Positions 1 through 10,709 are shown, counted from the stretch's first letter. The stretch is DNA of 64,000 nucleotides from Pseudobdellovibrionaceae bacterium (GCA_030591685.1 JAUVAX010000002.1:1-64000); one strand, 5' to 3'. Notes: a model not told the origin generated them from the letters alone. Program-made: numbers and translations.

Positions 1-92
1 CCATCTAAGAGCTTCTTCCTGTCCATCCTCGGATTTTTGAGTTATTGCATTGTTTTTCAAGGGTCATCAGGCAAAAGTCTAGCTGGTTTTGG

Positions 93-1442
93 TCAGCGAA
101 TCATTTTTAGGCCAATGGTCGCAATACCTAAGAATGAAAAAAAGCTAAATATATCTGTAACCATGGTTATAATGACGCCACTTCCGATAGCTGGGTCTCG
201 TTTCATTTTATGAAAAGTCAAAGGAACAACAACACCAAATAGCGATGCAACAAAAGAGTTCAACACCATAGAGACAAAAATGACGCCAGCAACAAGTGGT
301 TCACCTTTCCAAAAGTACACAAGAGCGGCCGCGCCAATACCTGTTATGATGCCTATACTGACCCCTACGTAAATCTCTTTAATTAGACTGTTGGCTTGAG
401 TTATAAAATTAAAATCCCCCGTTGCTAGCCCGCGGGTAACAACAGTCATAGTTTGAATGGCGGTGTTGCCGCCCATGCCTGCGACTATGTTTTTTAAAAC
501 AGCAAGGATTATAAGTTCTTGCATGGTGTTTTCAAATAAGCTCACAACAGAGCTAGCAAGAGCCGCCAGCACAAGGTTTAAGAGCATCCATGGTAATCTA
601 TTTTTAATTTTAAACTTAGCGGAGCTATAGACTCTGTCATCTTCTTGTAAGCCAGCTTGAGCATATATGTTGGCTGTGACTTGGTTTTGTATGATGTCGA
701 CAACGTCATCAATTGTAATAATACCGAGCAGTTGCCCCTCTTTATTAACCACAGGTAAAGCGATAAAATCATAATGAGAGACGATCTGTGCGACCTCTTC
801 TGATGAGTTTTCAGGCTGAGCCGTAACAAGGTCCTTTTTAATGAGGTCCTGAAGTGGCATTGTTGGTGGGGCTGTAGCCAGGGCTCTTAATGAAACAATC
901 CCCTCAAGGCGACGATCTTTATCGACACAGTATATATAGTAGATGGATTGCTCTTGAGCTGCTTGGCGCAGTATTTCAAGCCCTTGACCGGCATTAATGT
1001 CTGTGGGCAGGGAGAATGTGTCTGTCTGCATCATTCTGCCGGCTGAATTTTTAGGGTAGCTTAAAATTTGTTCAATTTTAGATTTTAACCCCTGGTCCAT
1101 CTGGGAGCACATGATGTTTTGCGAAGCATCATTGAGTAGGGACACAAAGTACGCCGCACTCTCCTCTGGGGCGGCAACAATGAGCCGCAAACACTTTTCG
1201 GGCTCCAGTTGAGCGAGCAGGGACTTAAGCTGTACCTCTGGGATCTCTAAGAGGGTGGGTGCCGCCTTATCAATTTTAATTAAGGCGCCTGTAAGAAGCC
1301 CTTTTTCGCGGTTATTAAACTGCCCAATAAGGCTCGCAAGGTCCGCAGGCTCTATTTTACTTAATATTGAGAGTAAGGGGCGACTGTTTCGCCCCGAAAG
1401 TAGCCGTTTTATAATAGAAGTGTTACTAGGATTTAGTTTCAT
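93..1442 (-). CDS. mgtE: Magnesium transporter MgtE
   Basis: N-terminal MgtE domain (SAGRMM), tandem CBS domains (IYYIYCVD, ALPVVN..LLGIITIDDVVD), TM region with GMGGNTAIQT and DPA..SG..IT..TD motifs. Confidence 0.95.
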   Translation of the reverse strand: MKLNPSNTSIIKRLLSGRNSRPLLSILSKIEPADLASLIGQFNNREKGLLTGALIKIDKAAPTLLEIPEVQLKSLLAQLEPEKCLRLIVAAPEESAAYFVSLLNDASQNIMCSQMDQGLKSKIEQILSYPKNSAGRMMQTDTFSLPTDINAGQGLEILRQAAQEQSIYYIYCVDKDRRLEGIVSLRALATAPPTMPLQDLIKKDLVTAQPENSSEEVAQIVSHYDFIALPVVNKEGQLLGIITIDDVVDIIQNQVTANIYAQAGLQEDDRVYSSAKFKIKNRLPWMLLNLVLAALASSVVSLFENTMQELIILAVLKNIVAGMGGNTAIQTMTVVTRGLATGDFNFITQANSLIKEIYVGVSIGIITGIGAAALVYFWKGEPLVAGVIFVSMVLNSFVASLFGVVVPLTFHKMKRDPAIGSGVIITMVTDIFSFFSFLGIATIGLKMIR

Positions 1443-1583
1443 TCACACCCAACGTACAGTTAAAACCCTAAGTATAGTGATTTTAGGTATTTATAATAAA
1501 AATAAAAACATAATTGCGTTATCTCTTGTCGCCGTCAATGTATTTTATTAGGGTAACGTTCCTTAAAAATTTTAGGAGATTTT

Positions 1584-2057
1584 ATGGGTAAACAACCAAT
1601 GACTATTGAGGGCAAGCAAAAACTAGTTGAAGAGTTAAAACACTTAAAGACTGTCATGCGCCCACAAATTATAAAAGATATCGAAGTAGCTCGGGGTCAC
1701 GGTGACTTAAGTGAAAACGCTGACTACGACGCCGCCAAAGAAAAACAAGGTTTTACTGAAGCACGCATTGCTGACGTGGAGTCCAAAATAGCAGAGTCTG
1801 AAGCAATTGACCCGTCTAAAATTAAATCAGATAAAATCGTATTTGGAGCCACAGTAGTATTAATGGATTTAGATAATGATCAAGAGGTGACCTACCAACT
1901 TGTTGGCGAGGAAGAGTCTGATGTGAAATTAGGTAAAATATCCGTGTTCTCTCCCCTAGCTCGTGCAATAATTGGTAAGAAAAAAGATGACATTGTGGAG
2001 TTTAGCAGCCCAAAGGGTGAAAAAGAGTACGAAGTTGTTCAATTTTTTTATAAGTAA
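1584..2057 (+). CDS. greA: Transcription elongation factor GreA
   Basis: ARGHGDLSENADYDAAKE and ISVFSPLARAIIGK motifs; AGGAG RBS upstream. Confidence 0.97.
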   Translation: MGKQPMTIEGKQKLVEELKHLKTVMRPQIIKDIEVARGHGDLSENADYDAAKEKQGFTEARIADVESKIAESEAIDPSKIKSDKIVFGATVVLMDLDNDQEVTYQLVGEEESDVKLGKISVFSPLARAIIGKKKDDIVEFSSPKGEKEYEVVQFFYK

Positions 2058-2059
2058 TC

Positions 2060-4141
2060 ATGTCTAAAAACACTAATGGAGTTGGCGCTCCGTGGATATT
2101 GTTTTTATTAGGCATACTTGTTAGCGTTTTTTGGGGGGGAGCGGTTCGTACCGTATTGCTCCCTGACAGCAAGGCCCGGACCTTACTTGAACAAAAATTA
2201 ATAACAGCTGTGACAGATTATAAAGTGACAGTGCAAAGTGCTCGTGTGTTTTTCTCTCAAGGCCTTGTCCCTGTTTTAGGCGTTAGTGCTGAGGTGGAGT
2301 TGGACCCTTTGTATCCATGTCAAGGAGCCTGGGGGATTCATTCCGCTCAAGTTGTGGTGCCCATTGAGCTTTTTAAGAGTATTTATCAGAAAAAAATTAT
2401 TGTTGATCAAATAAAAATAAACAGGCTTGTTGTAAGAAATTACGATCACTTGTGCTCTAAAAGTACGGCTGAAAGTACCAGCCTTTTGACTAAAAAAACT
2501 CAGCCCATCAAAACACCTCATGGCATAGAGGCTTCAAAAAGTATTCATGAGAATAAAAAACCACATCAACTTCAAGAGGCCATGAATAGGGCTCTGAAAG
2601 ACCTCAATGAATTACCTTTAAAGACTGTTGAAATTCAAGATCTATGGGTCGAGGATCAAAACACAGTACTAAGAATTAATAATATCAAGATCGAAAAGAG
2701 CGTGAATCACTTTGAGGCTTCGTTTTATGTTGATGTTTCTAGAGTGCACGCGTCGGTTGTAGATGTGCCTCCTGTTTTTGTGAGCGTTGTTTTGTCAGAT
2801 CAGGGGTTCACCTTAAGTTCAAAGAGTAAGTATAAAGAGGGTGAGGTTTTAATTACAGCGGCTTCAAAACCTGAGGACTTGGATGTAAAAATTCTTTTTA
2901 AGAACTTTCCTTTTAGAAAAATTGTAAGTATTTCCCCTGCAATTAAAAACAAGAGCCTTTCAAGATTGCCCATGTGGATTGATTGCCAGGTGTCGGTAAG
3001 GTTAGATTTAAATTTTAAGGGAGAGGCTAAAGCAAGCCCTTGTGTGCTCAAAGGCCGAAAATTTAAGTTCAAAATCCAAGAGTTAGAGGCACACATTGAA
3101 AGAAAAAAAATAAAGATATCCCCCTATAAGGTTTCAATGAAAGATTTGCCGATAAATTATATTCTTAAGGCCATTGGTAAAGAGGGGCTCAGTGGAGTGT
3201 TCTCAGATTTTGGGGTTATGTCAGGAGAGTTGTCTGTCGAAAATAAAGAGTTTACTTTAGATTACTCTGTTAAGGAGGCGAGCTTATATTTTTCAAAAAA
3301 GGGGAGCTTTTCCCAACAAAAAATTGACCTGTTTTCAGGGCGCTTAAATTATTCATCAGGTCGAGTTTCTGGTGTGGTGGATAAAATCGCATTAGATCAA
3401 GGGGTATTCAAGGGCGACCTGTCGTTTAATTTTGATTCTAAGTTTCAAAAAGGAGTTCTTCAAACAGCAATTCCTGAGATTCAATTTTCACCTACAATTC
3501 AGAGGTTAGTATCCGAAGGCTCTTTAGGTGGTATGAGTTTGTTTTTAAGAGCAGAGATTGATCGAGGTCAAATGACAACAATAAAAGGAGTGGTTGGCAT
3601 TAATAGTGTTTTGACCCCCTCATGGGACATGAAGGGGGCTAGCTTAAAGTTTATTTATAAAAACAAAAAATCAAACCTTCAGGTACGTGTGAAACAAGCT
3701 TCTGTTAGGGGAGAGGGGGCTTTAAAAAGTGCATTACAAGAAGTTTTTGTAAGTAAAGAACTAGAGCTTTCAAAGCTAAGGGCAAAGTTACTGATCAATC
3801 AAAACGGTTTTGAGTGGAGCTCTTTAAGAGCGCAATTAAATAAGCCTAAGGCATCATCAACTCTTAAATCACATGGTGTTTGGTCAGAAAAAAATAAAAA
3901 AGGGACTTTTAAATTTTCGCCGGGCAATAAGGTGCTGACCTTTTTTAACAAAGAGTCGGGGTTATATTTGTCGGCTAGCCCTTCTTTTTTCAAAAAATCA
4001 TCTCAAAAACTTCAATCTGTTTATGATAAAAACAGGGTTGTTCTTATAGAGAGTTACGAAAAAAAGCCAGGAGTTATCAAAGCTCTAGGTCAGAAGGTGA
4101 TCAATTCAGCAAAAGAAATAATAAAAATTAAAACTAATTAA
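2060..4141 (+). CDS. Hypothetical membrane-anchored, basic, beta-rich protein (possibly AsmA-like)
   Basis: 693 aa ORF starting 2 nt after greA; N-terminal TM helix followed by alternating hydrophobic beta-strand patterns; family not recognised with certainty. Confidence 0.6.
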   Translation: MSKNTNGVGAPWILFLLGILVSVFWGGAVRTVLLPDSKARTLLEQKLITAVTDYKVTVQSARVFFSQGLVPVLGVSAEVELDPLYPCQGAWGIHSAQVVVPIELFKSIYQKKIIVDQIKINRLVVRNYDHLCSKSTAESTSLLTKKTQPIKTPHGIEASKSIHENKKPHQLQEAMNRALKDLNELPLKTVEIQDLWVEDQNTVLRINNIKIEKSVNHFEASFYVDVSRVHASVVDVPPVFVSVVLSDQGFTLSSKSKYKEGEVLITAASKPEDLDVKILFKNFPFRKIVSISPAIKNKSLSRLPMWIDCQVSVRLDLNFKGEAKASPCVLKGRKFKFKIQELEAHIERKKIKISPYKVSMKDLPINYILKAIGKEGLSGVFSDFGVMSGELSVENKEFTLDYSVKEASLYFSKKGSFSQQKIDLFSGRLNYSSGRVSGVVDKIALDQGVFKGDLSFNFDSKFQKGVLQTAIPEIQFSPTIQRLVSEGSLGGMSLFLRAEIDRGQMTTIKGVVGINSVLTPSWDMKGASLKFIYKNKKSNLQVRVKQASVRGEGALKSALQEVFVSKELELSKLRAKLLINQNGFEWSSLRAQLNKPKASSTLKSHGVWSEKNKKGTFKFSPGNKVLTFFNKESGLYLSASPSFFKKSSQKLQSVYDKNRVVLIESYEKKPGVIKALGQKVINSAKEIIKIKTN

Positions 4142-5148
4142 TACCATCTTTTTTGTTGCACCTGCATAACCCAGTCCGGTAAGTTTTTGCTGATTGTTGC
4201 CCCTAGGCCACCGGCGAGCTTTTCAGTGAGAGATTTTTTACCTTTTATTTTAATCTGATAGATCTGTTTGTCGTGAGAGTTTTTTAATAGGTACTCGTCA
4301 CTTGTAGAAAGCTCATCAACAAGGCCCTTTTCTATTGCGACTTGGCCGTACCAATGCTCTCCGGTAGAGACAGCATCTATATTTAGACTTGGCCGGTTGT
4401 CAGAAACCCATTTTTTAAAAAGATCGTGTGTTAAGGTGATGTCTTCGAGAAATTTAGTCTTACCTTTTTCGCTAATTTCACCAAGAAGAGAAATAGTGCG
4501 CTTATACTCACCCGCAGTGTACTCATCATAGTCAATATTATTTTTCTTTAGCAGTCGATGCAGGTTGGGGACCTGTGCAAGAACCCCAATGGAGCCGACA
4601 ATGGCAAAAGGGGCTGCGACAATTTTATCAGCAACGCAGGCCATCATGTAGCCTCCACTTGCTGCCACCTTATCAACGCAAGCTGTGACGGGCACTCCGG
4701 CATTTTTAAGCCTTAGTATTTGAGCGGCGGCGAGGCCGTAGGTATGGACCATGCCTCCGGGGCTTTCAAGCCGGATAAGGACTTCGTCGGTTTTTTCAGC
4801 CACTGAGAGAACAGAGCTGATTTCATCCCTAAACTGCTCCACATGAGAGGCCTTAATATCGCCCTCAAAATCGATAACATAAATATTAGGTTGGTCCTCT
4901 TTGTTTTTTTTAAAAACTTTTTTAAGCTCTTTGAGCCTTTTTTTAAGGGCCTTCTTACTGAGTGTCGCTTGAAGGATCGTTGTTTCAAAGTCATTGAATT
5001 TTTCGTTTAAATTAATAATCTCTAGAGAATCTTTCGAGAGTTTATTTTTTGCAATTAAAGTGAAAAGAGTGACTAAAATTACAATAATTGAGATGACAGC
5101 AATAAGAGCTTTAAGTCCAAAGACGCCGGTTTCATAAAGATGTTCCAT
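4138..5148 (-). CDS. sohB: Protease SohB (peptidase S49)
   Basis: N-terminal TM; LESPGG, VDKVAASGGYMMACVAD, GSIGV and TAGEYKRT motifs. Confidence 0.95.
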   Translation of the reverse strand: MEHLYETGVFGLKALIAVISIIVILVTLFTLIAKNKLSKDSLEIINLNEKFNDFETTILQATLSKKALKKRLKELKKVFKKNKEDQPNIYVIDFEGDIKASHVEQFRDEISSVLSVAEKTDEVLIRLESPGGMVHTYGLAAAQILRLKNAGVPVTACVDKVAASGGYMMACVADKIVAAPFAIVGSIGVLAQVPNLHRLLKKNNIDYDEYTAGEYKRTISLLGEISEKGKTKFLEDITLTHDLFKKWVSDNRPSLNIDAVSTGEHWYGQVAIEKGLVDELSTSDEYLLKNSHDKQIYQIKIKGKKSLTEKLAGGLGATISKNLPDWVMQVQQKRWY

Positions 5149-5256
5149 GTAAATCCTTTTTTTAGATATACCTTTATAAAGGGTCTTCGTAATTAGGTCG
5201 AGTAAAAAAGCCGGAGTCTGGCCAAAACTACATTTTTACGTCATAGTTAAGGGTAT

Positions 5257-5712
5257 ATGTTGCGTATAGGCTTTTATTTAGTACTAATATTTATAGCTGT
5301 CATCTTTTCTGAAGGCTCGAATGCTGATAGTGGGGTTGACCAAGAGTTTCAGGTTCGTAAAAAAATCATTGAAAACCGTTATATTGACTTTCGTAGGCAT
5401 AAAGTAAAAGCAAAAATATTTAATGAGCAGCGACTTAAAGGCCTTGAGGCCTATAAGGCGAAAAAATCCATTTATAAAAAGCGGCGGTCGCAAGCTCGAA
5501 AGAAGCGGGTTTCAGAGAGGACTCAGAAGTTTGACACCGAAGGTCTTCGATTAAAGTGGGAGCGCGCAAAAAAAGAGCAGATAGAAAAGCGAATTCTTAA
5601 TCAAAAACTCTATGTTAAAAAAAGAGATCAGTTGAGAGCTATGGAAGAAGGCTTAATGACCATGCCTGCCTATGAGGAACTCAACTTGCCCGAAGGGGCT
5701 GTTGGAAACTAA
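5257..5712 (+). CDS. Hypothetical exported basic helical protein
   Basis: 151 aa; signal-peptide-like N-terminus and K/R-rich helical body. Confidence 0.6.
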   Translation: MLRIGFYLVLIFIAVIFSEGSNADSGVDQEFQVRKKIIENRYIDFRRHKVKAKIFNEQRLKGLEAYKAKKSIYKKRRSQARKKRVSERTQKFDTEGLRLKWERAKKEQIEKRILNQKLYVKKRDQLRAMEEGLMTMPAYEELNLPEGAVGN

Positions 5713-6422
5713 CCCTTTATAGAGGGAAATATCTCCTCAAGTTCCAAATGGGTGAGTTTCTTGAGCCCATTAACTAAGTGCATTAAGATGGCCCCTAAAA
5801 ATAGTGTTAATGGCAATGCTATAACAATATACCCCATCCAAGTCATTTGGGCGATTTGATCATTTAAAATAACAGTTTGTTCAAGCTCAGTCAGGCTTAC
5901 ATCTATTTTAGTGAAAATTACTTTTGCTAAAATAAAATTAAGTACAGCACTTATAAAAAATGAAACAGCTAGAAATTTTGTTGATTTTTTAAGATGGAGT
6001 TCAAATTTGTCTTCTGTTTTATTAACGGCCAGAGCCTCATTGACTTTATTAATATTCATTAAGCTCTTGTTATAAGCCATTAACTTCATAGCGGGTTTTT
6101 TTGTTGAGGCACTTATGTAAACACCGACTCCTATTATAAGCGGGAAAGCCGCCTCTTTAACAGCAAACCAAAAACCATCAAGTTTAAGTAAGGCTAAGCC
6201 CCCGGTGAAAAGGATGTTTATTATACCTAAAATAGAGATGTAATTTTTTTCACCCTTTTTTATATAATCATAAGCTCCATACCCTATAGGAAAAAGAAGA
6301 GCTACTACGAGTGCTATTGTGGGACCATTGTCGCCTAAACGTTTTGAGAGCTGGCTTAAAATCACAACAGGTATAACAATGTTAAAGGCGAGATTCATTA
6401 ATGGATTTTCTTGTTTTTTCAT
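5709..6422 (-). CDS. VC0807-family inner membrane protein
   Basis: NIVIPVVIL, FWFAVKEAAFP and SFFISAVLNF segments; about 6 TM helices. Confidence 0.75.
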   Translation of the reverse strand: MKKQENPLMNLAFNIVIPVVILSQLSKRLGDNGPTIALVVALLFPIGYGAYDYIKKGEKNYISILGIINILFTGGLALLKLDGFWFAVKEAAFPLIIGVGVYISASTKKPAMKLMAYNKSLMNINKVNEALAVNKTEDKFELHLKKSTKFLAVSFFISAVLNFILAKVIFTKIDVSLTELEQTVILNDQIAQMTWMGYIVIALPLTLFLGAILMHLVNGLKKLTHLELEEIFPSIKG

Positions 6423-6577
6423 TGAGCCCTCGGTTTGATTTAATGGTAATTCTAAATTTAAAATCCCTCTAGATCAAGGTCTGAATAGGGGTTTTTTTGT
6501 TGTGTAAAAAGCTTAGGATGTATATTTTATTATATAAAGAGAGGTCGTTAACCCCCATCATCTCTTACATAAGGCTT

Positions 6578-6970
6578 ATGTCAGAACTGATTTCAACAAT
6601 ATTTATCCTTTTAGTGGCCTTTCAAATAAAGCATTTTATTTGCGATTTTCCGTTGCAGCGTGAGTACATGTTGAAAAAAACGTTGCCTGGGTGGGAATTT
6701 TTTGTGCCCCTTTGTATGCACGCTGGTGTACATGCTTTGTTTACATTAATTCTCATGCTGTTCTTCGCCCCACACATGTGGTGGTTATGTCTTTGTGATT
6801 TTTTAATTCACTTTACTATGGATCGTATAAAATCAGGACCTAAGTACTTAGGTCGGTTTAATAACAAGAATCGCGCGAGCTATTGGAACTGCCTAGGCTT
6901 TGATCAGCTCGTTCATCACCTCACTCATTACCTTATCGTGTACATAGTTTTGGCAGATAGTATCTCATAG
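6578..6970 (+). CDS. DUF3307-family membrane protein
   Basis: KHFICDFPLQ, HAGVH, IHFTMD and GFDQLVHH His-rich pattern; ATG at 6578 preferred over the TTG at 6497. Confidence 0.75.
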   Translation: MSELISTIFILLVAFQIKHFICDFPLQREYMLKKTLPGWEFFVPLCMHAGVHALFTLILMLFFAPHMWWLCLCDFLIHFTMDRIKSGPKYLGRFNNKNRASYWNCLGFDQLVHHLTHYLIVYIVLADSIS

Positions 6971-7153
6971 GCGACTCCCCATTTCCTCCAATTTAGTAAT
7001 GAGCTCTGTTCAGGGGGTTATTGTCACCTGAGTTAAGGAGAAAGGTTCTCTGTTTGCGACATTACGAAGCCTTGACTATGAGAGAGTCGTGGAGCCTCTC
7101 ATAGTGAAACACTTTGAGGTGAAGATTTTGTTAATACTAGGGGCTGAGTTATT

Positions 7154-7180
7154 TTAGTTGGCCTTTTGTGCTTCCGATAG
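7154..7180 (+). promoter_or_regulatory. Putative sigma28 (FliA)-like promoter
   Basis: TTAG-N15-TCCGATAG upstream of the HD-GYP gene. Confidence 0.35.
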
Positions 7181-7205
7181 GCTTTCATTACCGTTGGAGG
7201 TTTAG

Positions 7206-7853
7206 TTGTCTTGGGGTGACGTACCAAGTTGGTCAGACTCAATTGCTGAGGCACTTCTTAATAGTGTAAAAGTAAAAGATCCTTTTACTTTTTACCACTG
7301 TTGTCGTGTGGGGCGAGGGTCAAGAAGGCTCGCGCAGGCGATGGGGTTGAATGAGTACGACCAGATTAGACTGGAGTACGCGGGTATCTTTCATGATATT
7401 GGCAAAGTCGGAATCCCTGATAATATTTTACTAAAGCCCGGCAAACTCACAAATGCCGAATATGAAACCATGAAATCTCATGCTTTAATAAGCGCTCTTG
7501 TATTGGACCCTTTAAAGGAATATGAATTTTTTAAATCACTATTTCCTGGGATAAGAGCTCACCATGAAAGAATAGATGGTCGAGGATACCCCTATGGTTT
7601 AGAGGGTGAACAAATACCTTTAGCCGGTCGAATTATTACAGTTATTGATTCTGTGGATGCCATGATGAACACCAGGCCCTACAGGAAGGCTCTTACTTTT
7701 GATGTGGTAAAGTCTGAACTTTTAGATTACTCAGGAACTCAATTTGATGCTTCGATTGTAAACGTTTACTTAGATGCCGTTCGCTTTTGGAGAAATTTAG
7801 AAGATGATGACCCTGAAGATCAAGTTGTGGCTCGCATAATGAAAGCGGGATAA
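7206..7853 (+). CDS. Stand-alone HD-GYP cyclic-dinucleotide phosphodiesterase
   Basis: Intact HDIGK, HHERIDGRGYP and D..DAM...RPYR motifs; GGAGG RBS before TTG start. Confidence 0.9.
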   Translation: MSWGDVPSWSDSIAEALLNSVKVKDPFTFYHCCRVGRGSRRLAQAMGLNEYDQIRLEYAGIFHDIGKVGIPDNILLKPGKLTNAEYETMKSHALISALVLDPLKEYEFFKSLFPGIRAHHERIDGRGYPYGLEGEQIPLAGRIITVIDSVDAMMNTRPYRKALTFDVVKSELLDYSGTQFDASIVNVYLDAVRFWRNLEDDDPEDQVVARIMKAG

Positions 7854-7880
7854 AAAAAGATCATCAGAATTTTGAAGAGA

Positions 7881-8861
7881 TTATTGATTTAAAATCTTAG
7901 CCGCACTCATTGCAAAATAAGTAAATATAACATTTGCACCAGCTCGTTTTATTGACATGAGTGTTTCTAGTAGGGCCTGATCTTCGTCAATCCAACCTTT
8001 CTCTGAAGCCGCTTTGATGAGTGAGTACTCTCCACTCACGTTGTATGCGGCCACGGGCACTGAAGAGTGCTTTTTAAATAAAGAGATGATGTCTAAGTAA
8101 GCGAGAGCTGGCTTTACCATAACAATATCGGCCCCCTCATCGAGGTCCAGCTGAAGTTCTCTGAGGGCATCTTTAGTATTTGCGGGGTTCATTTGGTAGG
8201 TTTTTTTATCTCCAAATTTTGGAGCGGAGTTCAGGGCCTCCCTGAAGGGGCCGTAAAAACTAGAGGCATACTTAGCTGTGTAAGCAAGAATACCCACGTT
8301 TTCATGCCCACTTTCATCAAGAGCCTTTCTAATATAGCCCACTCGGCCATCCATCATATCAGAGGGGGCTACTAAATCAGCACCCGCTTGGGCTTGGCTG
8401 ATGGCCATTTTAGCAAGTATGTCCAACGTGGGGTCATTAAGGATTTCACCTTTCTCAACGACGCCATCATGACCCTCAGAGGAGTACGGGTCCATCGCCA
8501 CATCAGTGAAGAGTACCAAGTCAGGGAGTTTGTTTTTAAGCTCTTTTATTGTGCGTTGAAGTAACCCTTCAGGGTTAACGGACTCGCTTGCGGTCGGGTT
8601 TTTTAAATGCCCCTCAATACTGGGGAAAAGTGCAATCGATGTAATGCCGAGTGAGTAAGCCTCAGAGGCGGTCTTAACAATGTTATCTACAGAGAGCCTG
8701 TGATAGTCGGGCATAGATGAAATGGGCTCTTTGATATTATGACCTTCGACGACAAACAAGGGTAAAACAAAATCACTGGGGGTTAAGAGGTTTTCTTGAA
8801 GTAAATCTCTTAGGTTTTCAGATTTTCGATTTCGCCGGGGGCGATGAGTGAGTTTAGCCAT
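7881..8861 (-). CDS. hemB: Porphobilinogen synthase (ALA dehydratase)
   Basis: RPRRNR, APSDMMDGR, KYASSFYGPFR and MVKPA motifs; Asp-rich metal region DVAMDPYSSEGHDG without the Zn-binding Cys triad. Confidence 0.97.
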   Translation of the reverse strand: MAKLTHRPRRNRKSENLRDLLQENLLTPSDFVLPLFVVEGHNIKEPISSMPDYHRLSVDNIVKTASEAYSLGITSIALFPSIEGHLKNPTASESVNPEGLLQRTIKELKNKLPDLVLFTDVAMDPYSSEGHDGVVEKGEILNDPTLDILAKMAISQAQAGADLVAPSDMMDGRVGYIRKALDESGHENVGILAYTAKYASSFYGPFREALNSAPKFGDKKTYQMNPANTKDALRELQLDLDEGADIVMVKPALAYLDIISLFKKHSSVPVAAYNVSGEYSLIKAASEKGWIDEDQALLETLMSIKRAGANVIFTYFAMSAAKILNQ

Positions 8862-8868
8862 TAAGTCC

Positions 8869-9462
8869 TCAAATTTGTTTACGAAAGAAAGGTAAAGGGT
8901 AATTGATTTTATTTAATATATCAACTAATGCCATGAGAGGCAGGCCCTGGATGCTTGTGAAATCGTCGGTTGTAATTTTATCAAATAAAGCAATGCCTGA
9001 GCGTTCAATTTTATACCCCCCCGCACAGACATGGGATTTTTCATGGTCGACATAGTTTTGACACTGCTCTGGAGTCAACGCCTTCATGCTCATAAGAGTT
9101 TTATTTTGATGTTCATAGTGCTTGTCTTTATAAATCACACACAGCCCCGTAATGAGCTCGTGAGTGTGGCCGGAGAGTTTATAAAGCTGCTGGGCGCATT
9201 CAGACAAAGAGTTGGTTTTGCCAAGAAGTTCATTATTAAAACAAATCAGTTGATCTGAGCCTATAGTGATTTGGTCAGAGTTTTTTTGATGGACGGCCTG
9301 AGCCTTTAGGCGACTGAGTTTTTTTGCTAATTCAATGGGGGGGAGAGTCTCTTTTTTGGTGATGTCTTCATTAACGTTTGAAGCCGTACACTTAAACTCT
9401 AAACCAAGGCTTGATAATTGCTGCTGACGAAAAACAGAACGGCTCGCGAGGACTATGTTCAT
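8869..9462 (-). CDS. maf: Maf-family nucleoside triphosphate pyrophosphatase
   Basis: IVLASRS..R, IGSDQ, LGK, CAGGYKIE and IQGLP motifs. Confidence 0.9.
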   Translation of the reverse strand: MNIVLASRSVFRQQQLSSLGLEFKCTASNVNEDITKKETLPPIELAKKLSRLKAQAVHQKNSDQITIGSDQLICFNNELLGKTNSLSECAQQLYKLSGHTHELITGLCVIYKDKHYEHQNKTLMSMKALTPEQCQNYVDHEKSHVCAGGYKIERSGIALFDKITTDDFTSIQGLPLMALVDILNKINYPLPFFRKQI

Positions 9463-9632
9463 GAGGGATCCTTAAGAAAATTGAAGTTCAATTTCTATTT
9501 CAAGCCCTCATAGGTCAATGGGTTGAGTTATATTTATGTTGAAATAACGTGCGGCAGCAAAAATGAGTGCATCAAAGTATTCTTGTGTCCGATGTTTTAG
9601 GATATACTCTCTAAAAGTTTTAAGGAGCATAA

Positions 9633-10709
9633 ATGACCTACGTACACAGCATGGACCCTTTCATTTTTGAGTTCTCAAATTCAGGCCTAGGTATTCGGTG
9701 GTACGGAATGGCTTATTTAACGGCTTTTGCGACGGCTTTTTTTGTTGTTCGCTATATGGCGAAAAAGCAAACCATAGCCCTGAAGGTCCAACAGGTGGGT
9801 GACTTTGTTACTTATGTAGCCATCGGCATTATGGTGGGGGGGCGCCTGGGGTATTGTTTGTTCTACAAACCAGAGTCTCTTGTTCAGTTTACAAGTGAGT
9901 TTCCTTTTTGGGAGGTTTTGAGCGTTCATAAAGGGGGGATGGCCAGTCATGGTGGAATTATGGGTATTGTGGTCGTTTGCTTTTGGTACGGCTGGAAGAA
10001 CAAGTACTCTAAATTACAGCTTGTAGACTTGGCCAGTGTTGTGGGGGGCTTAGGTATTTTTTATGGTCGCATGGCGAACTTTATAAATGGCGAGCTATTT
10101 GGAAGAGCCAGCTCTGTGGGTTACAAATGGGCCGTAAAGTTCCCAACAGAACTGCACTACTGGGCCAATTATAAGGCCCACAAACTTAAACTCATGACGC
10201 CCTTTTTTGATAGGCTAAAAGGCTTTCAGTTTCAGGATATGGTTGTTACCTCCTCTCAGTGGTTAGATTTACTCAGTGAGTATTCATACAGTTCAGTGGC
10301 TCGATTTAAAGTGTCGGGCATTATTGACAGTATTATATTGGCCACCCAAGAGGGAAACCAAAAAATAATTACGGCACTAGAGCCCGTATTAACAGCAAGG
10401 TATCCATCTCAAATATTTCAAGGTCTTATGGAGGGCCTAGGGGTGTGTTTGGTATGTTGCTTACTATGGTTGACCCCCAAAAAACCAGGGGTCATTTCGG
10501 GCGCTTTTGGGATTACCTACTCTTTGATGCGCATACTCGGGGAGCAGTACAGAATGCCGGACGCTCACATTGGGTTTGATTTTTTAGGACTCACTCGCGG
10601 GCAGTGGTTGTCTGTTGGGCTACTGACTTTTGCAATTGGGTTTTTAGTGGTTTCTTTAAAACAACCCACTGAACCCTCAGGTGGCTTTGGGTTTGGCAAA
10701 AAAAAATAA
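9633..10709 (+). CDS. lgt: Prolipoprotein diacylglyceryl transferase
   Basis: IRWYG, GGRLGY, GGMASHGG, GRMANFINGELFGR, YPSQ and GQWLS motifs. Confidence 0.95.
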   Translation: MTYVHSMDPFIFEFSNSGLGIRWYGMAYLTAFATAFFVVRYMAKKQTIALKVQQVGDFVTYVAIGIMVGGRLGYCLFYKPESLVQFTSEFPFWEVLSVHKGGMASHGGIMGIVVVCFWYGWKNKYSKLQLVDLASVVGGLGIFYGRMANFINGELFGRASSVGYKWAVKFPTELHYWANYKAHKLKLMTPFFDRLKGFQFQDMVVTSSQWLDLLSEYSYSSVARFKVSGIIDSIILATQEGNQKIITALEPVLTARYPSQIFQGLMEGLGVCLVCCLLWLTPKKPGVISGAFGITYSLMRILGEQYRMPDAHIGFDFLGLTRGQWLSVGLLTFAIGFLVVSLKQPTEPSGGFGFGKKK

